Source: an uncultured Candidatus Saccharibacteria bacterium
Lineage (GTDB): Bacteria > Patescibacteriota > Dojkabacteria > SC72
DNA length: 64,000 nt
NCBI GenBank assembly: GCA_964403155.1
Contig: CAYOEG010000002.1
Span: forward strand, 8,147-72,146
Direction: 5' to 3'
Shown in pieces: positions 34,611 to 43,575 of this stretch. The notes under the pieces were generated by a model. It worked only from the letters and a program-made list of their open reading frames with translations. It was not told the origin of the DNA and did not search any database. Each line of letters begins with the position of its first letter. Within the stretch, counting starts at the first letter, position 1. Position numbers and translations under genes: made by a program.

Positions 34611-36416
34611 CTAATTCTCTTTTACAATCTTGTAGAATTTACCTTTTTTCTTCGTCAATTCATCCCAACTTCCAGATTCTACTATTTTGCCATTTTCAAA
34701 GAAGTAGATCTTATCAAACATTTCTAAGTTCTCGATACTTCTAGTTATATATATTAACGTTTTTTCCTCACCTATGAAGTCCAAAATATTATTAAGAATA
34801 GTGTCTTTGGATTCTGAATCTATGAATGTAAATGCTTCGTCCATCACGAAAATCTTTCTGTTACGATACAACATTCTTGAAATTGCAAGTCTTTGCCAGT
34901 ATCCCCATGGAAGTTCTTTTCCACCCGGGAAGGTTTTACCTAGGATTCTTTCATCGTCTATCCCTTCTTTCACCAAAAGATCTTTTACCAGGCCAATTTT
35001 AGACACAGATTCATACAATTTTTTATCAATATTTTTCCTTTCTCCAGATATAACAACATTCTCCCTCACGCTAAAGTTGTAATTAATGAAATCCTGGAAA
35101 GTGACGGCTATTTTCTTTTTCAGTTGTCCTCTATCCAGATCTTTGACAGAGATATCATCTAATAGATAGTCACCTTTTTTAATCTGATACAAACCAGAGA
35201 GTATCTTCACCATCGTACTTTTGCCAGAACCATCCCCTCCAAAGAATGCAACCTTCTCACCAGGTTTTACTACTAAATCAATATGCTTTAGGACCATTGT
35301 TTTAGGATCATCTGGGTATGAAAAACTTAAATTCTTAAACTCAATTTCAGGCGTACCTTTCTTCAATTTCAGAGTGCCATGTTCATGATCGCCAAATCCT
35401 TCGTAATTCATTAGTTCAAAGAATTTCTCATCATATCCCAAAAGTGCAGATATATATGACATGGAATCAAATATGTTGTACACACTCGTATAGGTCATAT
35501 CGATATAGTCATACAAAGCTTTAAAAGTACCCAAAGAGTGTTTTCTTACAATTGCCACAGAGAGCATGTATATCACATACATAAACTTTAGACATTGACC
35601 AAAGATATTTACAATTGTTCTATCTCGGTACATATTTGCATCCGTCTTCAAATACCCCTTCAGAAACTCGTCATATTCTTCTACGTATCTTCTCTTAAGA
35701 TATGCAAAGGTATCATTGACCCTTAATTCAAGGAAGTTAGATATCTGGAGTGTCACATTTAAAAGATAGTTCAGATATTTAAGTTTACTTACATTTTCAT
35801 CCTGATATCCACGGATTTTCTTTCTCCTGATATGAACAACTACAATTTGCGGCAGTACAAAAAGGATCAAGAATAGCACAGACCAACTCATTGTCTCGAA
35901 TATTATAATTGCAGTGCTGATGATTTTAACTGCATTACCAACAATTCCAGAGAAGCTATCATACGTAAGTATCATCCTGTCTATTGAATATGCAGGTGCG
36001 TAGGTGAGTAAATCTTGGAATTTCTCCTGCTCAACATCTTGCAGGTTGGATTGAGATACTTTTGCCACCATCATATACCTAGCATCCTCCCAAACTTTTT
36101 CATAGATAACTGTGTACAAATGTAATCTTGCTTGATTACATGCCTGTAGAATTGACCATAGTACAAAGATCATGGCTATATACATAAATGCATCTGAGCT
36201 CCAAAATAGGTCCAAAGAAAATGAATTCCAATTTAAAAGGATTTTAGCTACTTCATCGATGAATTTTCCCAAGACCGTTATGCTATATACCTCTGAAAAA
36301 GTACCTAATACAAATAGGATATCTCTCGCAATTACCGTAAATGTATATCGCCCATACATAAATTTGAGTACATTTCCCAAAGTAATGAGTTTTTGTCGAT
36401 ATTTTTGTAGAATCAT
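34611..36416 (-). CDS. ABC exporter, fused TMD-NBD (type I exporter-like) with degenerate signature and H-loop motifs
   Basis: Six-TM domain then NBD with Walker A GGDGSGKST, Walker B IFVMDEAFTFID, but signature ELPWGYWQRL instead of LSGGQRQR and ITRSIEN instead of the H-loop. Start placed at internal ATG (MILQKY...) because the longer ORF to 36500 would overlap the divergent gene starting at 36431. Confidence 0.7.
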   Translation of the reverse strand: MILQKYRQKLITLGNVLKFMYGRYTFTVIARDILFVLGTFSEVYSITVLGKFIDEVAKILLNWNSFSLDLFWSSDAFMYIAMIFVLWSILQACNQARLHLYTVIYEKVWEDARYMMVAKVSQSNLQDVEQEKFQDLLTYAPAYSIDRMILTYDSFSGIVGNAVKIISTAIIIFETMSWSVLFLILFVLPQIVVVHIRRKKIRGYQDENVSKLKYLNYLLNVTLQISNFLELRVNDTFAYLKRRYVEEYDEFLKGYLKTDANMYRDRTIVNIFGQCLKFMYVIYMLSVAIVRKHSLGTFKALYDYIDMTYTSVYNIFDSMSYISALLGYDEKFFELMNYEGFGDHEHGTLKLKKGTPEIEFKNLSFSYPDDPKTMVLKHIDLVVKPGEKVAFFGGDGSGKSTMVKILSGLYQIKKGDYLLDDISVKDLDRGQLKKKIAVTFQDFINYNFSVRENVVISGERKNIDKKLYESVSKIGLVKDLLVKEGIDDERILGKTFPGGKELPWGYWQRLAISRMLYRNRKIFVMDEAFTFIDSESKDTILNNILDFIGEEKTLIYITRSIENLEMFDKIYFFENGKIVESGSWDELTKKKGKFYKIVKEN

Positions 36417-36430
36417 TAGAATATAATAAC

Positions 36431-36904
36431 ATGAGAGATAGAAAATATTTAGAAAATTTAATGTATGAACTTTGGGAAAATCATTTTTGCGATATCCCAA
36501 GGAAGAATATGGTGTTGATAAAGTTTGGGAAGTATTCTAAGAGACAGCTTGGTAGTATAAAGCTTGCTAATGAATATACTAAGATCAAGAGTTTGATGAA
36601 GAAGAATGAGAAAGAATACGAGATGCAAGATGATGGAAGAGTTACAGTCATAACTATGACAAAATATTTTCAAAATGAAATTGTTCCAGAATTTGTCGTA
36701 AGAGCAACGATCGCACATGAGCTATGTCATTACGCACATGGTTTTAGTTCTCCTTTGGATAAACAATTTGATAAACCGCACCAAGGGAATGTCATAAATA
36801 AGGAATTGGCTAGGAGAGAGTTGTTAGATGAGCAGAAGCTTGCAGACAAGTGGTTGAAAGACAACTGGGTCTCAATTGTGTATCCATTGAGCAAGTCTTT
36901 TTAA
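36431..36904 (+). CDS. small HExxH zinc-metallopeptidase-like protein (ImmA/IrrE- or SprT/DUF45-like)
   Basis: IAHELCHYAHG HExxH motif in a 157-aa protein; located directly upstream of an XRE-family regulator. Confidence 0.5.
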   Translation: MRDRKYLENLMYELWENHFCDIPRKNMVLIKFGKYSKRQLGSIKLANEYTKIKSLMKKNEKEYEMQDDGRVTVITMTKYFQNEIVPEFVVRATIAHELCHYAHGFSSPLDKQFDKPHQGNVINKELARRELLDEQKLADKWLKDNWVSIVYPLSKSF

Positions 36905-37025
36905 TATTCTAATATCGTTTATATTTGCTTTCTTCCTATTTTTTATTCTTTTGTAAAGAATTTCGAATTGTTGATATATTCCCATCCTTCTATTATCACA
37001 TTTTATTCTTTCATTTTCTTTTCAG

Positions 37026-37046
37026 ATATGACGCCAAGCGTCTTTT
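37026..37046 (+). terminator. putative intrinsic terminator after the HExxH gene
   Basis: GACGC-caa-GCGTC stem followed by TTTTAAAC. Confidence 0.35.
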
Positions 37047-37102
37047 AAACGACATGCCGTTCTATTCTTTATTCTTTTTAATGTAACTACAATTCTATAT
37101 AT

Positions 37103-37621
37103 ATGAACAATAATTATATTGGTGAGAACATTAAGATATATCGGGAGCGACAGAAGCTTACACAACAGCAATTAGCTGACAAAATTGGTAAGACATGGGA
37201 AATGATTTCTAGATATGAGAGAGGTGTGAGTTCCCCATTAAACCAACTAGATCCTTTAGCTAAGGCTTTAAATACTACCCCTTCTGATTTGTTGAATGAT
37301 ATTACTGAAAAGAATATTAAATTGAATTTTAATAGGGCTCCATTTTTTACAAATGATTCTAAAGACTTTAAAAAAGAAGATACCTACCTTTTCTACAATA
37401 CTCCAGATTGGATTTTGAGTTTGGATCCTAATGTTTTTGCCATTGATATGAAAATCGTTGATGGAACAAATGGTGTTGCTTTTATCTCTCCTAATTCAGA
37501 AATTAATATGAATGACATGGTTTTGATTAGAGAGGAAAACCAACTAAGGATTGTTATACTTAAGTCATTTAATAATATTGAGATTATTGGGAAGGTATTA
37601 GCGCAAGAGGTTAGATTCTAG
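37103..37621 (+). CDS. XRE-family HTH transcriptional regulator with cI/LexA-like (S24-like, probably non-catalytic) C-terminal domain
   Basis: N-terminal Cro/C1 HTH (IKIYRERQKLTQQQLADKIGKTWEMISRYERG). C-terminal beta domain AIDMKIVDGTNGVAFISP...NDMVLIRE...RIVILK aligns with the LexA/cI fold, but the GDSM serine is replaced (AIDM). Confidence 0.6.
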   Translation: MNNNYIGENIKIYRERQKLTQQQLADKIGKTWEMISRYERGVSSPLNQLDPLAKALNTTPSDLLNDITEKNIKLNFNRAPFFTNDSKDFKKEDTYLFYNTPDWILSLDPNVFAIDMKIVDGTNGVAFISPNSEINMNDMVLIREENQLRIVILKSFNNIEIIGKVLAQEVRF

Positions 37622-37640
37622 GTGTGATATAATTTGCATT

Positions 37641-38318
37641 ATGATAGAAGAATTCCCGAATACAACAGATGCTCATTCCAATAGTTATATTGAGAAATCC
37701 TCTTCAAATAGTTACTATGATCCCATAAACGAATCAGTAGATTATGCAAGATTTGTAGAAGATATAAGGACTTCCGTGGGTGTTGATCGTGATAAAGTAG
37801 TGCAATACCTTTCAAATGATTTGCTCTCTATACAAAAAGATTCCCCACTCCCTATTTCATACTCAGATACCAGTGATGATAATGTTAGACTTATGCAAGA
37901 GAAGCTTGCGGATTTAGGTTCGTCAGAAACACCTCTTAGAAACCAAAGCTTTCTTTCAGCACGTTCACTTACAATTTCCACATTCAGAGCATTACAGATT
38001 ATGCTTCCAGTTGTAAAAGGTTTTAGGTTAAGGGTACAGAATCCAGAGGAAATACTAGAAACGATTGTTAGCGACCAGTTATTGAAGCAGACTACTAAGA
38101 AGACTGATACTTTTGATGAAAGCGATATGAGAGAACCTGTAATGAATACAAATAATGTCCTCATATCATCCTCTTTAGATGCTTTTGCAAGAGAGAATAA
38201 GATACCTGTAAATGAGAATGGAAAAGTAACTTCAAAAGAGATTGGCACAATTGTTCTACCAACTGTCAGAAAGCTTATTATGAACATAGCAAGGAGAACA
38301 CCTGCGTTTAAAAAATAA
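37641..38318 (+). CDS. hypothetical protein (third gene of the HExxH-XRE cluster)
   Basis: 225-aa ORF, no recognisable motifs; 20 nt downstream of the XRE gene. Confidence 0.4.
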   Translation: MIEEFPNTTDAHSNSYIEKSSSNSYYDPINESVDYARFVEDIRTSVGVDRDKVVQYLSNDLLSIQKDSPLPISYSDTSDDNVRLMQEKLADLGSSETPLRNQSFLSARSLTISTFRALQIMLPVVKGFRLRVQNPEEILETIVSDQLLKQTTKKTDTFDESDMREPVMNTNNVLISSSLDAFARENKIPVNENGKVTSKEIGTIVLPTVRKLIMNIARRTPAFKK

Positions 38319-38320
38319 CA

Positions 38321-38346
38321 AAAGAGGAGGTTTTCACCTCCTCTTC
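38321..38346. terminator. bidirectional intrinsic terminator between the 37641 gene and groEL
   Basis: AGAGGAGG-ttttca-CCTCCTCT perfect 8-bp stem, with A-run on one side and T-rich on the other. Confidence 0.6.
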
Positions 38347-38357
38347 ATTAACGAAGA

Positions 38358-39980
38358 TTACATCATCCCACCCATTCCCATATCAGGTGCCATAGGTGCT
38401 TTATCCTTCTCTTCTGGTAAATCTGCGACTACTGCCTCCGTAGTAATCAACATAGTACCTACAGAAGCTGCATTAACCAACGCTAACCTAGTAACCTTAA
38501 CAGGATCTATAATACCAGTCTTAATCATATCCACATATTCACCAGTCTTTGCATTATACCCAGTATTATCATGACAATTAGCAGCCACCACAGCACCATC
38601 TTCTCCAGCATTCTCTGCAATCTGTTTCAATGGTTCACTTAATACAGTCTTGAGTATTTCTATACCCATCTGCTCATCAACATCATCTAGCTTAATATCA
38701 TTTAAAACAGCTTTAGCATTATGAAGTGCTAAACCACCACCAACAACAATTCCTTCCTCTATCGCAGCACGAGTAGCATGGATAGCATCTTCAATCCTCG
38801 CTTTCTTCTCCTTAGCTTCAGACTCGGAAGCAGCACCTACCATGATCACTGCCACACCACCATTAAGTTTAGCTAGTCTTTCCTGTAATTTCTCTCTATC
38901 ATAGTCAGAAGTTGTCTTTTCAATCTGTGCTTTGATCTCCTTTGCTCTCTCTTTAACATCAGATGCTAAGCCCTTCCCTTCCACAATGATTGTACTCTCT
39001 TTAGAAATCACAACCTTCTTTGCAGAACCTAGGTCTGCAAGTTCTACAGCTTCTAAAGTATTACCTAATTCCTCAGATACAAACTTTGCACCTGTTAATA
39101 CTGCGATATCTTTAAGCATCTCCTTCTTTCTATCACCAAACCCTGGAGCCTTAACTGCTACAACATCCAATGTACCTCTTAATTTATTAACTACTAAAGT
39201 TGCTAATGCTTGATTCTCAATATCATCAGCAATAATGACCAATGGTCTATCTGCAGCACTTAACACTTTCTCTGCAATAGCTTGAATATCTTGAAGATTT
39301 GAAAGCTTCTTATCTGTTACAAAGATATATGGATTCTCCATACTTGCTTCCAATGTCTCTCTATCTGTAACAAAATATGCACTTACATAACCATTATCAA
39401 ATTCCATACCCTCAGTATATTCAACCTCATCTGCAAAACCCTTTGCTTCCTCAACTGTTATTACTCCATCTTTACCCACCTTATCAAATACACCACCAAT
39501 CATATCCCCCAATTCCTTGTCATTATTTGTAGAGATCGTTGCAACCTGAGAAATCTCTTCCTTCTTAGAAATCTTTTTTGCAGATTTTCTTAATTCTTTT
39601 TCAACTAATTCCACACCCTTATCTATACCCCTCTTAATTGCAATTGGATTTGCACCTGCAGATACATTTCTAAAACCTGCATTTGCTATAGCTTGTGCCA
39701 ATACAGCAACTGTTGTGGTTCCATCACCTGCGAGATCATTTACTCTGTTAGATGCTTCTTTGATCATTTCAACTCCAACATTTTTAAATGGATCCTTGTC
39801 AGAAATCTCTTTTGCAACTGTTACACCATCTTTGGTAATAACTTGGGAACCAAATGATTTTGCAATTGCGACATTTCTTCCTTTGGGGCCTAATGTAGTT
39901 TTAACAACATTAGAGATAGTATCTACACCTGATTTTAAAGCTTTTCTTGCTTCTTCATTGTAAATTATTCCTTTTGACAT
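38358..39980 (-). CDS. groL: chaperonin GroEL (Hsp60)
   Basis: AAVEEGIVVGGG, DGTTTVAVLAQAI, C-terminal GGMGGMM tail; 540 aa. Confidence 0.97.
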   Translation of the reverse strand: MSKGIIYNEEARKALKSGVDTISNVVKTTLGPKGRNVAIAKSFGSQVITKDGVTVAKEISDKDPFKNVGVEMIKEASNRVNDLAGDGTTTVAVLAQAIANAGFRNVSAGANPIAIKRGIDKGVELVEKELRKSAKKISKKEEISQVATISTNNDKELGDMIGGVFDKVGKDGVITVEEAKGFADEVEYTEGMEFDNGYVSAYFVTDRETLEASMENPYIFVTDKKLSNLQDIQAIAEKVLSAADRPLVIIADDIENQALATLVVNKLRGTLDVVAVKAPGFGDRKKEMLKDIAVLTGAKFVSEELGNTLEAVELADLGSAKKVVISKESTIIVEGKGLASDVKERAKEIKAQIEKTTSDYDREKLQERLAKLNGGVAVIMVGAASESEAKEKKARIEDAIHATRAAIEEGIVVGGGLALHNAKAVLNDIKLDDVDEQMGIEILKTVLSEPLKQIAENAGEDGAVVAANCHDNTGYNAKTGEYVDMIKTGIIDPVKVTRLALVNAASVGTMLITTEAVVADLPEEKDKAPMAPDMGMGGMM

Positions 39981-40005
39981 AGTAGTACTGGTTTAAGAAT
40001 TTAAA

Positions 40006-40308
40006 TTATTTTATGACTGCTAGGATATCTTCAACATCTAAAAGAAGATATTTTTTATTTTCAATTTCGATTTCTTCTGGAGAATACTTTTTGAAATATA
40101 TTTTGTCTCCAATTTTAACGTCAAACACTAATGTTTTTCCGTCGTTATCCTTACCACTACCAAGAGTTAAAATTGTTCCAGTTGCAGGTCTTTTGTCATC
40201 ACTCGCACTTGGGGGTAAAACTAAGCCACCTTTGGTCACCTGTTCTACTTCATCAGGCTGTACTAATACTCGTTTTCCTAGAGGCTGTATATTTGTTTTT
40301 GAGGACAT
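40006..40308 (-). CDS. groS: co-chaperonin GroES (Hsp10)
   Basis: 100-aa protein, IQPLGKRVLVQP ... GLVLP..., located immediately upstream of groEL. Confidence 0.95.
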   Translation of the reverse strand: MSSKTNIQPLGKRVLVQPDEVEQVTKGGLVLPPSASDDKRPATGTILTLGSGKDNDGKTLVFDVKIGDKIYFKKYSPEEIEIENKKYLLLDVEDILAVIK

Positions 40309-40313
40309 AATAG

Positions 40314-40369
40314 TTAGCAGATAAATTTAACGATTGCTAGAATTCTATCACGGCGGAAGACTTTGTCAA
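40314..40369 (-). promoter_or_regulatory. groES-groEL promoter (TTGACA-16-TAGAAT) with adjacent CIRCE-like operator (TTAGCAGAT-N9-GATTGCTAG)
   Basis: On the minus strand: TTGACA (40364-40369), TAGAAT (40342-40347), then 1 nt and the CIRCE-like inverted repeat at 40314-40340, ending 5 nt before the groES ATG. Confidence 0.6.
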
Positions 40370-40371
40370 GC

Positions 40372-40956
40372 CTAAATAGTACCTTTTACCACTATTTTCT
40401 CTTCGAGAAGTTCTATATTCGTAATTGTTCTTCCAAGGAAGTTATTTTCACTAACAAGGATCAGGGCATCACTTATTCCCTTATTTATCTGTGTCTTAAG
40501 AGAACTTACAATTTTTTCTGGAATTAATTGATTTCCAACATAGATATTGGATACGTAGAGCTGAGCAGATTCTATGGAATCTTTTGATACATCAAGTCGA
40601 ATCCATGGAAGAGAAATATCTTGAAGATTGACCTTCACTAAGACATTCCAAACATCATCGTGCGGCATAACACAGACGTTCTCTATCATACCACCGTTGA
40701 TGATATTGGTATTTCCAAGTAGTAAAGCTGTTTCATCTGGATTAAGTTCTACAAAAGTAACATCCTCTTCTGAAAGCACGAAATCCTTAAATTTCTGGTC
40801 TAAGGATATGTCCGCAGAGAGATTACTTTTACAATGAAGCTGGGCCATCTCTTTTTGCAAATTACCTTGCCAAACAAAGTAAGAAATCACTGGGATGGAA
40901 ACTAAGCCAATTATCAAAAAGAATATTACTAACAAAACATTAAGCACTTTCTTCAT
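40372..40956 (-). CDS. hypothetical membrane-anchored protein (operonic with murJ)
   Basis: N-terminal TM LNVLLVIFFLIIGLVSIPVISYFVW; start overlaps the murJ 3' end. Confidence 0.4.
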   Translation of the reverse strand: MKKVLNVLLVIFFLIIGLVSIPVISYFVWQGNLQKEMAQLHCKSNLSADISLDQKFKDFVLSEEDVTFVELNPDETALLLGNTNIINGGMIENVCVMPHDDVWNVLVKVNLQDISLPWIRLDVSKDSIESAQLYVSNIYVGNQLIPEKIVSSLKTQINKGISDALILVSENNFLGRTITNIELLEEKIVVKGTI

Positions 40957-42733
40957 CTCCCTTTCCTCTAAAAATTTTAGCCAGCATTCTCTTTATCCAT
41001 TTCTCGAATATATATACCTCTTCAATCTTAAACACCCTCGAACCTATCCAATATGATAACACTCCATACCCAGATGTTAAGGCTGTCAAAACTATGACAT
41101 ACATAGTTCTTGAAGTATCTAATTTGAAATCAAACAACTTAAATAGCAGGTACATCCCAATACCCATTAAAATAGTATTTAAGAATTTCACAAAGAAAGG
41201 TTTTACTGTGTTGTTGAATGTAATCATTTTAGTCTTTGCATTTAACAAAATGTACAGGATGAGAACTTCAACAATATATGAAATACCAAGGCCCAAAGAC
41301 AATCCACCAACTGCCATATCAGAATCACCCCTGTTTGTACACCATCTTGCGAAATCTTGGAAGAATGATTTGAATACTTCCCAGAAACCAGCACCGTCAG
41401 CTACAGAAATTTGTGAAAGCATCTGTTGCAATATTGGTCTCCAGTCATAGTAATGACTAAAGAAATTAGTAAGGAAATACGCCACTGCAATGTTCACTAT
41501 GATACTGATACCAATCCCTATGAGAGGTAGCCATGTTTCTTTTAATGCGTAGAATGCCCTTAGGATTATCTGATCTATTGTCTGCCCTAGTATGGAGAAA
41601 GACAGTAAGATTAAACACCAAGAGGTAAGGATTGTTGCTCTCCAGTCGAATGCACCAGAACCATATATCAATCTAACGATTGGAAGTCTTAAAACTACAA
41701 ATATTGCAATCATTGGCAACACAAGATACAAAGCAAATTGGATAGACGAATTAAATATTTTTTTAAATTTTTCTCTATGCTCAGGATCGCTATATTGTGC
41801 CAAATCTGGCAATGCTAATTGTGCTACTGCACTCCCGATAATATTGATTGGGAATTGATGAAGACTCAATGCATATTTGTATGAGCTAAGAGCTCCAGAT
41901 GCCAATGAGAAACTAATTAGAGTATTAACCACAGTATTAATCTGTTCCCCAATGATACTGATGGTTCTAGGTATTGCTAATCTTACCGCCTTGGTAACCT
42001 TCGAGTCTTTTATAGCTTCTTTGAATGTTTTAAAGGAGATTGAATATTTTTGTTTGTAATCGGAGAAGAAACTTGGAAGTTGCACAACCAAATGCAGTAA
42101 AGAACCTAACACTGCAGAGATAGCAATTCCTTCTACTCCCATCTTTCCAAATGCTACAAAGATTACTGGACCAATAATTAATGCCAAATTGTAGAAAAGT
42201 GGTGCAAGGGAAGTTACAAAGAATTGTTTCTTAACCTGTAGATAACCCGTAATAATACTGCTGAATCCCAAAAGTATTGGGGATAGCAGAGTTATTCTAG
42301 TGATAGTTACAAATAGATCGACATCTTCACTGTTTATCCTCTGTGTAAAATTCAAAGCTTTTTGTAAAAACTCTGAGCTTATTATTCCATTTGTTATCTG
42401 GGGTGTGAATATGAAAAATATACCTGCTAATACAATACATAAGACAGAGAGAAGGAGGCTGAGATGATTAAAGAATCTGTCTAATCTCTCTTTTCCATCT
42501 TTATACAGTACCTCAGAGAAGATTGGAATTATTGCTGCATTCAAAGAACCAGCTACTATGATTGTGAACAACATATCAGGTATGGTAAATGCCGCCCAAA
42601 AGATATCTAATTCGTGGGATACACCAAACAGTTGAGCAATGGTTCTTAATTTTATGAATCCCAATATCTTTGTAACGAGTAAAAGACTCATCACAATAAA
42701 TATTCCATTTCTATTCAGTCCTAACTTTCTCAT
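40940..42733 (-). CDS. murJ: lipid II flippase MurJ (MviN) with extended C-terminus
   Basis: Polytopic (about 14 TM) protein; FGVSHELDIFWAAFTIPDMLFTIIVAGSLNAAIIPIFSEV typical of MurJ N-terminus; 597 aa. Confidence 0.8.
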   Translation of the reverse strand: MRKLGLNRNGIFIVMSLLLVTKILGFIKLRTIAQLFGVSHELDIFWAAFTIPDMLFTIIVAGSLNAAIIPIFSEVLYKDGKERLDRFFNHLSLLLSVLCIVLAGIFFIFTPQITNGIISSEFLQKALNFTQRINSEDVDLFVTITRITLLSPILLGFSSIITGYLQVKKQFFVTSLAPLFYNLALIIGPVIFVAFGKMGVEGIAISAVLGSLLHLVVQLPSFFSDYKQKYSISFKTFKEAIKDSKVTKAVRLAIPRTISIIGEQINTVVNTLISFSLASGALSSYKYALSLHQFPINIIGSAVAQLALPDLAQYSDPEHREKFKKIFNSSIQFALYLVLPMIAIFVVLRLPIVRLIYGSGAFDWRATILTSWCLILLSFSILGQTIDQIILRAFYALKETWLPLIGIGISIIVNIAVAYFLTNFFSHYYDWRPILQQMLSQISVADGAGFWEVFKSFFQDFARWCTNRGDSDMAVGGLSLGLGISYIVEVLILYILLNAKTKMITFNNTVKPFFVKFLNTILMGIGMYLLFKLFDFKLDTSRTMYVIVLTALTSGYGVLSYWIGSRVFKIEEVYIFEKWIKRMLAKIFRGKGDEESA

Positions 42734-42810
42734 GTTTCAAAAGTGGAGTTTATGCGACTAATATCATAATTTAAACTTTACTATTTATCAATTCATATTA
42801 TTTTAACTCT

Positions 42811-43575
42811 TTGATAATACAATTTGGTATGTTTGAACATATTATTGATTTTGTCTATCCCCAATATTGTTCTGTATGCCATCGGCATGGTGATTATCTT
42901 TGCGATAGATGTAGAAAGAATTTTAAAAGAAACCTTCCAGAATGTTATGTCTGCAGGAGGTTGTCTCCGAGCTATCTAACCCACACAAGTTGCAAAAAAA
43001 TCTCTTCTTTAAACCGGGTTTTTGTTGCTTGGGAATATAATAATGTTTCTTCAAAAATCCTCAAATTATACAAATACAGAGATGTTAAAGACATTTCCCA
43101 TCAATTAACTCACCTACTTATTGAAGAGTTACTCCGTTGTGGATTCAGTAGATATTTTGGAGATACGTTATTTATACCCGTACCAATCTCAAGCAAGAGA
43201 AAAATTGAACGAGGATTTAATCAGACAGATCAGATAGCTTTAGGTCTTGCTAGAAAATTTAGCCAAGATGTTTTATTAGACTTAGTTATGAGCAAAGATG
43301 TTAAGAATCATCGTGCTGGACAAAATATTGCACAAAGATATTTGAATAACGTCAATCCTTTTTATGTGCGTAATGGTCTTGAGTTATCGAAATACACCAG
43401 TATCACAATCATAGATGATGTAATAACAACAGGCATTACACTTGAGAATGTTGCCACTAAATTAAGACAGACCTACAATGCTAAGCTTGAAATAAATGCG
43501 ATCTGCCTTTTTAGAGGAAAACCATATTATTCTGATTCAACTGAGAGCTTGTTCAATTCTTCAACTATTGTCTGA
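42811..43575 (+). CDS. comF: ComF-family protein (double zinc-ribbon + phosphoribosyltransferase domain)
   Basis: CSVCHRHGDYLCDRCRKNF...CYVCRR zinc ribbons; PRTase motif ITIIDDVITTGITL. Confidence 0.75.
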   Translation: MIIQFGMFEHIIDFVYPQYCSVCHRHGDYLCDRCRKNFKRNLPECYVCRRLSPSYLTHTSCKKISSLNRVFVAWEYNNVSSKILKLYKYRDVKDISHQLTHLLIEELLRCGFSRYFGDTLFIPVPISSKRKIERGFNQTDQIALGLARKFSQDVLLDLVMSKDVKNHRAGQNIAQRYLNNVNPFYVRNGLELSKYTSITIIDDVITTGITLENVATKLRQTYNAKLEINAICLFRGKPYYSDSTESLFNSSTIV

